The notes below the pieces were generated by a model that made no database searches, had not been told where the DNA came from, and saw nothing but the letters and a program-made list of their open reading frames with translations. Made by a program: the position numbers and the translations under genes. This document shows positions 10,211 to 19,579 of a stretch of DNA of 23,778 bases, in pieces. Origin of the DNA: Cyanobacteria bacterium J06626_4 (lineage in GTDB: Bacteria > Cyanobacteriota > Cyanobacteriia > Phormidesmidales > Phormidesmidaceae); assembly GCA_038523235.1 (NCBI GenBank), contig JBCBJQ010000093.1:1-23778 (forward strand), given 5' to 3'. The number at the start of each line of letters is the position of its first letter. Within the stretch, counting starts at the first letter, position 1.

Positions 10211-10627
10211 ATGACATCAGTTCGCCAGCGCTTTGGGATACGCCGCTTTACCCTGTGGGTTGTGGCGAGTTGTGCGGTGAGCTTGGGGCTAATGCTGACG
10301 AGTTGCACCTCAGTCGCGAGCCTGACGGGGCCAACGAGTCCACCCTATGCAGAGCAGCTAGCGAATCACCTCACGACTCAAAATGCGGTTATGTATGGGG
10401 CCTACTGGTGCCCCCACTGTGCAGACCAAAAAGCCTTGTTTGGCCGCTCAGTGGGGGCGATGCCCTATGTTGAGTGCGACCCGGGGGGCAAAAATCCTCA
10501 ACCACAGCTCTGTCAGGACAAAGGCATTCAAGGGTATCCCACTTGGGAAATCAACGGTGAGTTTTATCTGGGTCCCCATTCTCTGAAAGAACTCGCTGAG
10601 TTGTCTGATTTCGCCGCACCCCAGTAG
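10211..10627 (+). CDS. Thioredoxin-like (DsbA/LTO1-type) probable lipoprotein
   Basis: MYGAYWCPHC redox motif, second Cys pair ECD..LC, cis-Pro motif GYPTW, lipobox LTSC. ATG at 10211 is preceded by AGGGA. Confidence 0.85.
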   Translation: MTSVRQRFGIRRFTLWVVASCAVSLGLMLTSCTSVASLTGPTSPPYAEQLANHLTTQNAVMYGAYWCPHCADQKALFGRSVGAMPYVECDPGGKNPQPQLCQDKGIQGYPTWEINGEFYLGPHSLKELAELSDFAAPQ

Positions 10628-10679
10628 TCACACAGTGCCGTTTTCCCCTGCCGTCTCGCTTAACTTTTAGGGATTTTGT

Positions 10680-11051
10680 ATGGCGATCGCCCAGCCTAGA
10701 CAACCAGATAATGAAGGTTTTTCCCGCCCCGATGGCAATGTTGATGTCCATGGGCATGGCTCAGGAACTGAACATGCCCACGTGCATGACTCGGAGTCAC
10801 TGCAGCGGATCCTCAATCGATTTGCCCGCATTGAAGGTCATATTCGCGGGATCAAAACGATGCTGCAAGACAGTCGCCCCTGCCCCGATGTTTTGGTGCA
10901 GATTGCGGCGGTGCGGGGAGCGTTAGACCGGGTCGCGCGGATTATTTTGGATGAGCATTTGAGTGAGTGCATCACGCGAGCTTCAGAACAAGGCAATATT
11001 GAAGCCGAGATTGATGAGCTGAAGGCAGCGCTGGATCGTTTCTTACCTTGA
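10680..11051 (+). CDS. inrS: CsoR/RcnR-family metal-sensing repressor, InrS-like (nickel)
   Basis: His-rich N-terminus (HGHG..HAHVH), RIEGHIRG, CPDVLVQ and HLSEC; closely resembles Synechocystis InrS as recalled. Confidence 0.8.
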   Translation: MAIAQPRQPDNEGFSRPDGNVDVHGHGSGTEHAHVHDSESLQRILNRFARIEGHIRGIKTMLQDSRPCPDVLVQIAAVRGALDRVARIILDEHLSECITRASEQGNIEAEIDELKAALDRFLP

Positions 11052-11309
11052 ATCGCCTGACCGCTCTTCCATGGCTGACCGCGATCGCTACGGTGAAAAC
11101 CGAACTTCTATCCGGTAGGCCCTTTGGTAGCTTATAAATAGGGAAATGCGACCGCTTGATCGGAAACCACTGCGATTCACAGGACTGTGAGCAGATAGCG
11201 CAGACGAGGTCTGAAACTCTGGGTTTACGGGGGCAGCGCGTTAGCGTCAGGTTCGATTATTGACTCAAACAGCGTTAGAGCGGCGAAATTTGTTGGAGGG
11301 GATGTGTGA

Positions 11310-12305
11310 ATGGCAGCGACAGACTTCAAAGACTATTATTCAACGCTAGGAGTCAGCAAATCGGCCAGCGCTGATGAGATCAAACGAGCATTTCGCAAAT
11401 TAGCGCGTAAGTATCATCCCGACGTCAACCCTAACAACAGCACTGCTGAAGCCAAATTCAAAGAAATCAGTGAAGCCTACGAGGTGTTGTCGGATAACGA
11501 CAAACGCCAAAAATATGACCAGTTTGGTCGCTATTGGCAGCAGGCTGGCCGGGGTGCAGCCTATGGTGGCGGAGCTCCCGGCGACGGCAACTTTGACTTT
11601 AGCAATTATGGCAGTTTCGATGAGTTCATCAACGAGCTGCTAGGCCGCTTTGGCAACAGCGGCTTTGGGGGTGCTGGGGGCGCTGCGCCGGGAGGGTATA
11701 CGTCTTATCGTACGGCCCCTCGGGGAGGCTTTGGCACCGATCCGAATGTGGGCGGGCCGTCACAGAAGACCTTCGACCAGGAGGCGAAAATTTCGCTGAG
11801 TCTTAGTGAAGCCTTTCGAGGCACCTCAAAGCGCCTGAAAATTGGCGAAAATGAGGTCGAAGTGCGCATTCCAGCGGGGGCGAAGCAAGGAACCAAAGTG
11901 CGCCTGCGGGGTAAAGGACAGTTGAATCCCTACTCAAAGCAACGCGGTGATATCTACTTGATTGTCAGCTTATTGCCTCACCACATTTTTCAGTTCGACG
12001 GGGATAAGCTGGTGTGCGAAGTGCCGATTGCGCCGGATGAAGCCGTCCTCGGTGGCCCAATTCAGGTGCCGACCCCTGATGGCAGCGTCACCATGAACCT
12101 GCCTCCTGGCGTCAAGTCGGGGCAGTCGCTGCGGCTACGGGGCAAAGGCTGGCCCAGTCCTAAAGGGGCGCGAGGCGATCAGTTGGTGCGAGTGGTGATC
12201 ACGCCTCCCAAGTCTCTGTCTGATCAAGAACGTCAGCTGTATGAACAAATCCAAAATCAACGGACTCGGGATCCGCGCAGTCACCTGAGCCAGGTCAGTC
12301 TGTAG
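11310..12305 (+). CDS. dnaJ: Class B (CbpA-like) DnaJ co-chaperone
   Basis: N-terminal J-domain (KDYY...YHPD...EAYEVL), G/F-rich linker, no zinc fingers, DnaJ_C domain (GDQLVRV). RBS GGAGG. Confidence 0.92.
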   Translation: MAATDFKDYYSTLGVSKSASADEIKRAFRKLARKYHPDVNPNNSTAEAKFKEISEAYEVLSDNDKRQKYDQFGRYWQQAGRGAAYGGGAPGDGNFDFSNYGSFDEFINELLGRFGNSGFGGAGGAAPGGYTSYRTAPRGGFGTDPNVGGPSQKTFDQEAKISLSLSEAFRGTSKRLKIGENEVEVRIPAGAKQGTKVRLRGKGQLNPYSKQRGDIYLIVSLLPHHIFQFDGDKLVCEVPIAPDEAVLGGPIQVPTPDGSVTMNLPPGVKSGQSLRLRGKGWPSPKGARGDQLVRVVITPPKSLSDQERQLYEQIQNQRTRDPRSHLSQVSL

Positions 12306-12547
12306 GAGAAGATCCGGGTCACTCATGCCACTGCTCCGTCGTTCTTGAGTTGTCTTGAAGCCTGATGACGTCAGTGCTGGTAATACTCTAGCTTTGTTAT
12401 GAGCAGCGTCCTTCACCTGTAATCAGGGTTATGAGCGATGAAGCGAGCTGCCAGGCTGACTGAAGCTTTCTATCACTATCCGATTACCTTTACGCGCACC
12501 CACGAGTAATCCCTGTAAGATGAAGCGACCGGTAGGATACCTGCGAT

Positions 12548-13396
12548 ATGGCCAATAGTTTTCAAGTTGCCCCCAATTTTGACCTCGAAGAAGAAACTTG
12601 GTGGGTGCAGCGCTGGGTGGACTTGCTCAATAACTATCGCTTTAAGAAACGGCTCGAACGGGGGCGTCGCTACGCCCGTGAAGGCAATATTCTCAATATT
12701 GACTACAAAGGGGCCAAGGTGATTGCCCTGGTGCAGGGAACGGCGGAAGAACCTTACAAGCTCTCAATTTGGCTAGATGCGTTCACCGATGAAGACTGGA
12801 ACTATGTGGTCGATAGCTTGGCGGAGCACGCGTTATTTTCGGCTCAGCTCTTAGCGGGTGAGATGCCCGATGATATTGAGGCCGTATTTACTGCCAATGG
12901 CCTGAGTTTGTTTCCCTTTCAGCTGTCGGAGGTGCATTCCAAATGCGACTGCCCCGATCCGAAGAATCCGTGCAAGCATATCGCCGCTGTGTATTACCAA
13001 CTGGGCGACTTTTTTCGCGAAGATCCGTTTATTTTGTTTCAGCTACGGGGGCGCGATCGCGCGCAAATCCTTGATTCACTGCGACAAAAGCGACAGCAGT
13101 CAGTTGATGTAACCACGACAACAACGGCTGCCGCGGCTACCTCAACGACTGTTCCAGCGGCGACTGCTCAGCCCGCCGTTGCCCCGATGGATATCAGCAC
13201 CTTTTGGCAATATGATCAACCCTTAGAGTCTTCTCTGGTGGTGGTGACGCCCTCCAGTTCGACCGTGCTGGATATGCTCGACAACATTCCGCTACCGGTT
13301 AATGATGCGCGTATTGTGATGGCCTATCTGCGTGATCTGTATCAAACTGTGGGGCAGCAAGCGGCGATGAAGGCGCTGTCGCCCAATGACTCGTAA
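12548..13396 (+). CDS. SWIM zinc finger family protein
   Basis: RLERGRRYAR; SWIM motif CDCPD..NPCKH; DPFILFQLRG; Thr/Ala-rich linker. Confidence 0.9.
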   Translation: MANSFQVAPNFDLEEETWWVQRWVDLLNNYRFKKRLERGRRYAREGNILNIDYKGAKVIALVQGTAEEPYKLSIWLDAFTDEDWNYVVDSLAEHALFSAQLLAGEMPDDIEAVFTANGLSLFPFQLSEVHSKCDCPDPKNPCKHIAAVYYQLGDFFREDPFILFQLRGRDRAQILDSLRQKRQQSVDVTTTTTAAAATSTTVPAATAQPAVAPMDISTFWQYDQPLESSLVVVTPSSSTVLDMLDNIPLPVNDARIVMAYLRDLYQTVGQQAAMKALSPNDS

Positions 13397-13544
13397 ATAT
13401 GACTGGCCTGTTTGACCCGCTGCTGATGTTTGCGTCTCTCTTTGGCCTGTGCCAGTTCTACATCGATTGTCTAATCCCTGACACCTGTCAGGTGGGGAAA
13501 TTATGAGCGGTAGTTTGTTCCATAATTAGGAACTAGAGGGACAG

Positions 13545-15368
13545 ATGCAGACGATTTTTAGCCAAGGCTTTGGTCGTGAGTCCTTTCGTTCTGTTGCTTC
13601 TTTCTATCGCTCTATGGCCCCTAATTTGACCGCGCTGCAGCGATCGCAAATGGCTGAGGCGCTGACCCTATCGCGTTTTTTGACCACGCAGAGCAAAACT
13701 GCCGATAGTGAGGTGGTGCAGCGGCGGCGCGATCGCCTGCGCGCCATTCAGCAAGAGCTGCAGGCTTATGCTCATCCCATTAACCAGCAGCCCAGTCTGC
13801 CGGCGCAAATTCCTCTGCCCATACGTCAGGCGTTTGTTGAAGCGGCACTATTGGTGAGCCGCTATTTTGCGGCTGGGGGCAGTGGCTGGCGCGGCTCCTT
13901 CAATTCACCCACGCTAGCGCAGTATCGCTCTGACCCGGTGCCTGCTGATTGGGCGACTCCTGCTGGGGTGGCAGCCCTCGGCGATCGCTTTGCCTTACCG
14001 TCCAACATGCTGGATGACATTGTCTGTCAGCTGGAGCAGGTGGATGCCGAAATTGCCTGGCAGGGTGAATTAATTGAGGCGGTGCTGCAATCGGTAGGGC
14101 TGTCAACCGACGATACGGTGCCGCTCTCGACAGAGCCCTTAGCCTCCCTATTTCAAGAATTGTTTGGGGGCATCCTCGTGAATCCTGATTGCCTGGCTAT
14201 CGTGTTTACCCCGAGCCAGTTCTATTTCTGTGTGGACTTCCCACCGTTAGAAGAGGCTCGCGCCTGGGAGCGGCTCAGCCCGCCAGAACATCAGGAAAAT
14301 CTCAAAGCCCTGTATCAAAGCCTCTCGGAGTTCACGTTTCAGAAATTTAAGCGATTTCCCACCTTTGGCCCCTGCGACCCGCTGGGCATTCATCGTGGGT
14401 GGGTGCAGCAAATCTGCGATCGCCTCAACGCCCGTCCCCACCGCCGGTCACCGATCACTCCTGAGCAAGTGATTCAGCGCCTGTCTAAAAGTGTGGGCGT
14501 ATTGCCCCGTAAAGATGCCGAAATGTTTTTGGTACATGACATTTGGGGACATTATTGGCAACTCTTATTTAGCCAATTTGACAGTGACTATGCTGTGCTC
14601 GCCGATTGTGATGAAGCGCTGCGGGCCGACGAAACCGCCTATACCCCTGAGGGACCGCTGACCTGTCGTCAGCTTTTCCTGTTTGTTGAGACCGAGGTGC
14701 TGATTGACTCAGACCGGGCCTTACAGTTCTTTCGGGGGGAAGTACGGCAGCGGTTGGGGCTGTTGTTTACGCACCTGTTGGGAGAACTGGTGGCTGATAT
14801 TGCTGAATTCAAATTTGTGTGGACGAATCCGCAGGCGGCTCATCAGCTGCCGAGTTCGTCGGCGTTCACTGACTATCCGGCCAACCTAGATCTAAGCTTG
14901 GCTGACCTCGACTTTTTGTTTTTGCGGATTTTGCAGCCGCTGCTGGAAATTCATCTCTCCCCGTTGACGGCCTCTCCGTTAGAACTTGAGCTGTTAAACG
15001 ACTCGCCGTGGCGTGATCTGCCGGCGGCGCAGGTGCCTCGGCTGGAGCTGAACTTGAAGCGGGCGATCGCCCAGTTGCATCACCTCTTTTTGACCGAGCA
15101 TGGCAATACCTGTCTGCCCAGCATCGAAGCAGAAGAAAGCCTGTTTGCCGAAGCGGCGCTCAATTTGCTGCAGTTACAAAATGTCATCAATACCCTCTAT
15201 ACCGACCCGCAGTTTACGGATCAAGTGACGATGCCGTTTCAAGACCTGATGATTGTTTTTATTAGCCGCTACTGCTCTGGCGACAGCTACGCTGAGTTTT
15301 GGCAAATCGACAATGTCTTGGCTGATTATTTTGTGCCCTGTTGGCAGCTGTTGTACCAGGCTGGCTAA
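13545..15368 (+). CDS. Hypothetical protein (607 aa), possible divergent zincin fold
   Basis: Long ORF with RBS-like AGAGGG and several HIP1 sites; contains HDIWGH and ELVAD motifs. Confidence 0.8.
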   Translation: MQTIFSQGFGRESFRSVASFYRSMAPNLTALQRSQMAEALTLSRFLTTQSKTADSEVVQRRRDRLRAIQQELQAYAHPINQQPSLPAQIPLPIRQAFVEAALLVSRYFAAGGSGWRGSFNSPTLAQYRSDPVPADWATPAGVAALGDRFALPSNMLDDIVCQLEQVDAEIAWQGELIEAVLQSVGLSTDDTVPLSTEPLASLFQELFGGILVNPDCLAIVFTPSQFYFCVDFPPLEEARAWERLSPPEHQENLKALYQSLSEFTFQKFKRFPTFGPCDPLGIHRGWVQQICDRLNARPHRRSPITPEQVIQRLSKSVGVLPRKDAEMFLVHDIWGHYWQLLFSQFDSDYAVLADCDEALRADETAYTPEGPLTCRQLFLFVETEVLIDSDRALQFFRGEVRQRLGLLFTHLLGELVADIAEFKFVWTNPQAAHQLPSSSAFTDYPANLDLSLADLDFLFLRILQPLLEIHLSPLTASPLELELLNDSPWRDLPAAQVPRLELNLKRAIAQLHHLFLTEHGNTCLPSIEAEESLFAEAALNLLQLQNVINTLYTDPQFTDQVTMPFQDLMIVFISRYCSGDSYAEFWQIDNVLADYFVPCWQLLYQAG

Positions 15369-15680
15369 TCGGGTGATCGCCGCTCTCCGTTCCCGACCAT
15401 ACCGCTATGCCCGTTCTCCTATGGCGACATTTCCGGCTGACATGATTTGACGGGGTGACGCATCAGCAGGCGTCATTTCAAGAACGCACTGAAAGATACA
15501 GCAGCGGGAGCATTGAATGCGGTAAACCCTAATGCTATAAAACCTTGCAGAAAGCTACCCACCCATCGACGTCCCGCCGCGTAATAATGATATTGCCTTC
15601 TCAAATCGGGTTAGTTATGGTGTGAGCAACCTTAGAGAGGTGAGCCGCGAGGCTTGAGATGTCCCCTAGGATGGCGATCG

Positions 15681-16088
15681 GTGCGCTCTAGAAAAGCTCA
15701 AAAGCTGGACTTACAAACAGAGTATCCCTGCCCTTGCCGTCGTAATGGCACCTTAGTGCCCATTGCGCTGACGGAGGCTTTTGGGTGTAACCGCTGTCAG
15801 CAAATTTTTGTCGTGCAGGAAGAAGGCTACCTGTTAGAGCAGCTTTCGACCCATTATCCTTACAAGCGCGTTTGGTATTGGACGGGGCAGCAGTGGCGGC
15901 TCGATCATTCAGTTTTGAGCAATCACTACCTACCCTTGGCCACCATGTTGTTTGGCGTTGGCATGTTTGTGCTGTTATTGGCGATTTTGCAACCGCCCAG
16001 CAGCCTGGGCATGTTTTTGCGGCTATTAACGGTTGCGGCGGTGGCCCTGTTATTTTTAGTCGTCTTCTGGCTGTCTTGTCGGCGCTAG
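15681..16088 (+). CDS. Cyanobacterial hypothetical protein with zinc-ribbon-like motif and two TM helices
   Basis: YPCPC...FGCNRC cysteine motifs followed by two hydrophobic helices; GTG start at 15681. Confidence 0.75.
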   Translation: MRSRKAQKLDLQTEYPCPCRRNGTLVPIALTEAFGCNRCQQIFVVQEEGYLLEQLSTHYPYKRVWYWTGQQWRLDHSVLSNHYLPLATMLFGVGMFVLLLAILQPPSSLGMFLRLLTVAAVALLFLVVFWLSCRR

Positions 16089-16118
16089 CCTTGCCGTATT
16101 TGTTTTCTGGATGATGCA

Positions 16119-17369
16119 ATGACTTCTGTTCAGTCTTTGGCCGAGCTTTCGGCGTTGATCCAACAAGTTCGTCAAGCGGCCAAAGCGTTAGCCAAAGTTG
16201 AGCATACGACCCAGGCCCTCAATCGGTTAGCGAAGGCGTTGCGAGAAGCTACCGATACGATCTTAGAGGCCAACACCTTAGATCTAGAAGCCAGCCTCGA
16301 AATGGCGGTGCCAGAGACGGTGGTGGAATGGTTAAAGCTGACGCCTGAACGCCTCAACGCGGCCATCACCATCGTGGAACGCTTGGCAAATCTGGATGCG
16401 GTGACCAGCTTTACCTATGATTCGCAGCTGGCGATCGCGACGACGACTCATTCCTACTTGTTGGGAGAACCGTTGGGGATTGTCGCCTTTGTGTATGAAG
16501 CGTTTCCGGAACTGGCGATCGTGATGGCAGGCCTCTGCCTGCGCGCGGGGAATGGCCTCATGCTCAAGGGTGGCCATGAAGCGAGTCAAACTAATCAGGC
16601 GATCGCTCAGGTGTTTCAGTCAGCGCTGACTCAGGCTGATCTGCCGGCACAAGTCGTCCTGGCCATTTCGCCCAGTGAGGGCGAAGCGGCACGGCGGTGG
16701 TTAATGCAAACAACCGAACTGGATTTGCTGATTCCCTACGGACGCGCCAGTTTGGTGCAGCAGGTAATGCGAGAAGCCAATTCGCCGAGTTTATCGACGG
16801 CAATTGCCAACTGCTATCTGTACTGGTCTCACGCGGTATCGACTGAGCGGGTTGCCAGCATAGTGATTGACAGTCACTGCGGCAATCCTGAGCCGGTCAA
16901 CGGCATCGAAAAAATCTTGGTCGATGACAAAGTGTCTGACCGTGACCTCCAGGCGCTGAGCCAGCTGCTCAAAGCGCAGCAGTTGACGGTGAAAATCGTG
17001 CCGCCACCGTCCATGTCGCCCTTCACCAACTCAGAAGAAGAGGAGCATTGGCACGAGGCCCAGCTCGATCACTCCGTGATGGTGGCGCGGGTGCCTGATT
17101 TAGTCACCGCGATCGCGCTGATCAACTGCTACAGCAACGGTCATGCTGATGGCATCGCGACCCATTCCTATACGGAAAGCGTGCAGTTTGCCAGTCAGGT
17201 GCGCAGCGCCTCAGTGTATGTGAATGCTTCGCCTCGGTTCCAGCGGAACAGCACTCAGGTTAATGAAATCGCGTTGGGCATGTCAGCTCAGCGGGGCCTC
17301 AAGGGCGGTCGCATCACCTTAGACACGTTGCTCACCCATAAAGCTGTCGTGCAGGGTCTAGAGTATTGA
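16119..17369 (+). CDS. Glutamate-5-semialdehyde dehydrogenase (ProA)-like paralog, degenerate active site
   Basis: ProA-like motifs ILEANTLDL, LKLTPERL, PLGIVAFVYE, LKGGHEA, HADGI and VYVNAS. The catalytic CN motif reads VN. Confidence 0.85.
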   Translation: MTSVQSLAELSALIQQVRQAAKALAKVEHTTQALNRLAKALREATDTILEANTLDLEASLEMAVPETVVEWLKLTPERLNAAITIVERLANLDAVTSFTYDSQLAIATTTHSYLLGEPLGIVAFVYEAFPELAIVMAGLCLRAGNGLMLKGGHEASQTNQAIAQVFQSALTQADLPAQVVLAISPSEGEAARRWLMQTTELDLLIPYGRASLVQQVMREANSPSLSTAIANCYLYWSHAVSTERVASIVIDSHCGNPEPVNGIEKILVDDKVSDRDLQALSQLLKAQQLTVKIVPPPSMSPFTNSEEEEHWHEAQLDHSVMVARVPDLVTAIALINCYSNGHADGIATHSYTESVQFASQVRSASVYVNASPRFQRNSTQVNEIALGMSAQRGLKGGRITLDTLLTHKAVVQGLEY

Positions 17370-17469
17370 CTTTTTAATTCACCTAACGCCGTGTGGAGTT
17401 GAGACAACTCCTTTAGGGGATGAGGGGATAAGGTCTGCAATAATAGGGCGCAAGCCGCTCTCGACTGCA

Positions 17470-18381
17470 ATGCCTATGACCTCTGCCAATGCCAAACATC
17501 CTTTTGCCTGGCTGCGCCTGCTGAAACCCAAGGGGCAGGGAGCCAATATTTCAGTGCTCTTTATGGTCACGGGCCTGATTATTACCGGCCTGTTTGTGCT
17601 GATTGCGCTGTCGGCCCCGCTGTTGCAGTCGTGGGGCATTTTGCAAGATCCGACAGCAGCGCTACAAAATCCGGTGCATCAGCCTCCGTCGGCGGAGCAT
17701 TGGTTGGGCACCACGCGCCAAGGCTATGACGTGCTATCGCGGGTGCTGTTTGGCAGCCGCGCGGCCTGGCAGGTGGTGCTGCTGGCGACGGCGATGAGTG
17801 TGTTTATCGGCGTGCCGCTGGGGATGGTGAGTGGCTATTTGGGTGGCAAGCTCGATCGCGCCCTACTCTTTTTCATGGATACGATTTACACGCTGCCGGG
17901 GCTGCTCTTATCGGTGACGCTGGCGTTTGTGGTGGGGCGGGGGGTGATCAATGCGGCGATCGCCCTTAGCATTGCCTACATTCCGCAGTATTACCGGGTG
18001 GTGCGCAATCACACGGTCAGCGTCAAGACGGAACTCTTCATCGAAGCGGCCCAAGCGATGGGGGCTTCGACCTGGGTGGTGTTGAGCCGCTATTTATTTT
18101 TGAACGTCGTGCAGAGCATTCCGGTGCTATTTACGCTTAATGCCGCCGACGCCATTTTGATTTTGGGCGGGCTGGGCTTTTTGGGATTAGGCCTACCAGA
18201 ACAAACCCCAGAATGGGGGGCTGACATTCGCCAGGCCTTGGATGCCTTGCCCACAGGCATCTGGTGGACAGCGCTGTTTCCTGGTATGGCGCTAACGCTG
18301 ATGGTTACGGGTTTGTCACTGGTGGGTGAGGGGTTAAATGAACTCGTCAATCCCCTGCTACGTCGTGAAAACTGGCAGTAG
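17470..18381 (+). CDS. Peptide/nickel ABC transporter permease (DppC/OppC-like)
   Basis: PPSAEHWLGTTRQGYDVLSR, EAA loop FIEAAQAMGAS, LGFLGLG..PEWG. Confidence 0.93.
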   Translation: MPMTSANAKHPFAWLRLLKPKGQGANISVLFMVTGLIITGLFVLIALSAPLLQSWGILQDPTAALQNPVHQPPSAEHWLGTTRQGYDVLSRVLFGSRAAWQVVLLATAMSVFIGVPLGMVSGYLGGKLDRALLFFMDTIYTLPGLLLSVTLAFVVGRGVINAAIALSIAYIPQYYRVVRNHTVSVKTELFIEAAQAMGASTWVVLSRYLFLNVVQSIPVLFTLNAADAILILGGLGFLGLGLPEQTPEWGADIRQALDALPTGIWWTALFPGMALTLMVTGLSLVGEGLNELVNPLLRRENWQ

Positions 18382-18670
18382 TGATCGCCGACAAAGCTCA
18401 TGACTGCTGGCGTTGGTGCTTGCCAACTCAGGTAACTGCAGAACTTAGGACTGATCCTGTTGCGCTGGGCGAGGGCTGTCAACCAGGAGCAGAACAGCTG
18501 AGCGAATTTACGTCTCAATGAAGAGCAATTCGGGTAAGCCGGACAGTAAAACGGCTGTGATTTCTATCACCTCTACTCTAAATATTTGCTTGTTTGGCCA
18601 ACAGTTTAAGCTATCGGCAAGAATAATCAACGGCTGTTGATTTACGAATAATTGATGATGACCAACTTTA

Positions 18671-19579
18671 GAGGATGTTTGAGAATTCATCTGAAGTATC
18701 AAATTAGGCCAACCGCCGCACCATAATTCGAATCATGGCAAGGTAAATGAACGCCTCACTGGTTTCGGGCAAGACTTCATAATCTTTGCTCAAGCGTCGA
18801 TAGCGGTTAAACCAGCCAAACGTCCGCTCAACTTTCCAGCGCTTCTTCAGGAGAACAAATCCTTGCGCGGCTTCCGGCCGGAGGACGACCCAAATCACCC
18901 AGCGTAGAGTGTCAATCGCCCATTGATAAAATGGGGCACCGTCATAGCCGCCATCAACCCAGACAGTATGGACTCGGCGAACCGTGTGCCCCATCTGTTT
19001 AACCTTTTTCAACACCCGCTTGCCACCTGCTCGCTCGGGCACATCGGCAGCCGTTACTAAGACCCGCAAGATTAAACCCAATGTATCGATGGTCAGGTGC
19101 CGCTTGCGCCCTTTGACCTTTTTCGCCCCGTCATAGCCCACCGCCTCGGCAATCATCGTGGCGGTTTTGACACTTTGGCTATCGACAATCAACTCCGAAG
19201 GACTGTCCGAACGCCCTTCTACCAAACGACTGAGAACATAGAGTTCGTCGTGGATGGCCAGCAGCGTACCGTCTTTTTGCCAACGGCGGAAGTACGTGTA
19301 AACCGTTTGCCAGGGCGGAAAGTCACCCGGCAAGCCCCGCCAAGTGCACCCTTCGCACAGCACGTAGAAAATCGCGTTGAGAATAGCCCACAAACTCGTG
19401 GTGCGGGGCCGACCTAAGAGGCTATCGGCGGGTAGGCGCGAGCTGAACCACTCAAACTGCTTACGGGTACAGTCACTCGGATAAACTTTGCACATGCTCG
19501 CTGGGTCGCTGATGGTTAATGATTTCAGCTTATGCCCAGTGAGTTTTTTTACCGACTGACCGATTTATCAAACATCCTC
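18671..19579 (-). mobile_element. Complete IS5-family (IS1031-like) insertion sequence, 909 bp
   Basis: Terminal inverted repeats GAGGATGTTTGAGAA (18671) and TTATCAAACATCCTC (ending 19579), 14/15 match; 3-bp TTA duplication at 18668-18670 and 19580-19582. Confidence 0.95.
18704..19495 (-). CDS. IS5-family DDE transposase
   Basis: Motifs YPSD, GCTWRGLP.DFPPWQTVY.YF, IVDSQSV (D), KVKGRKRH, VDGGY (D) and RWKVERTFGW (E); single intact frame. Confidence 0.96.
   Translation of the reverse strand: MCKVYPSDCTRKQFEWFSSRLPADSLLGRPRTTSLWAILNAIFYVLCEGCTWRGLPGDFPPWQTVYTYFRRWQKDGTLLAIHDELYVLSRLVEGRSDSPSELIVDSQSVKTATMIAEAVGYDGAKKVKGRKRHLTIDTLGLILRVLVTAADVPERAGGKRVLKKVKQMGHTVRRVHTVWVDGGYDGAPFYQWAIDTLRWVIWVVLRPEAAQGFVLLKKRWKVERTFGWFNRYRRLSKDYEVLPETSEAFIYLAMIRIMVRRLA

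Noticed and set aside
11087..11105. K-box-like element (CTACGG-N6-CCGAAC) upstream of dnaJ
   Set aside because: Spacing and left arm differ from the GTTCGG-N4-CCNNAC consensus as I recall it.
15583..15606. Fur-box-like AATAATGATATTGCCTTCTCAAAT
   Set aside because: Dyad spacing is off by one, there are several mismatches, and downstream genes are not iron related.
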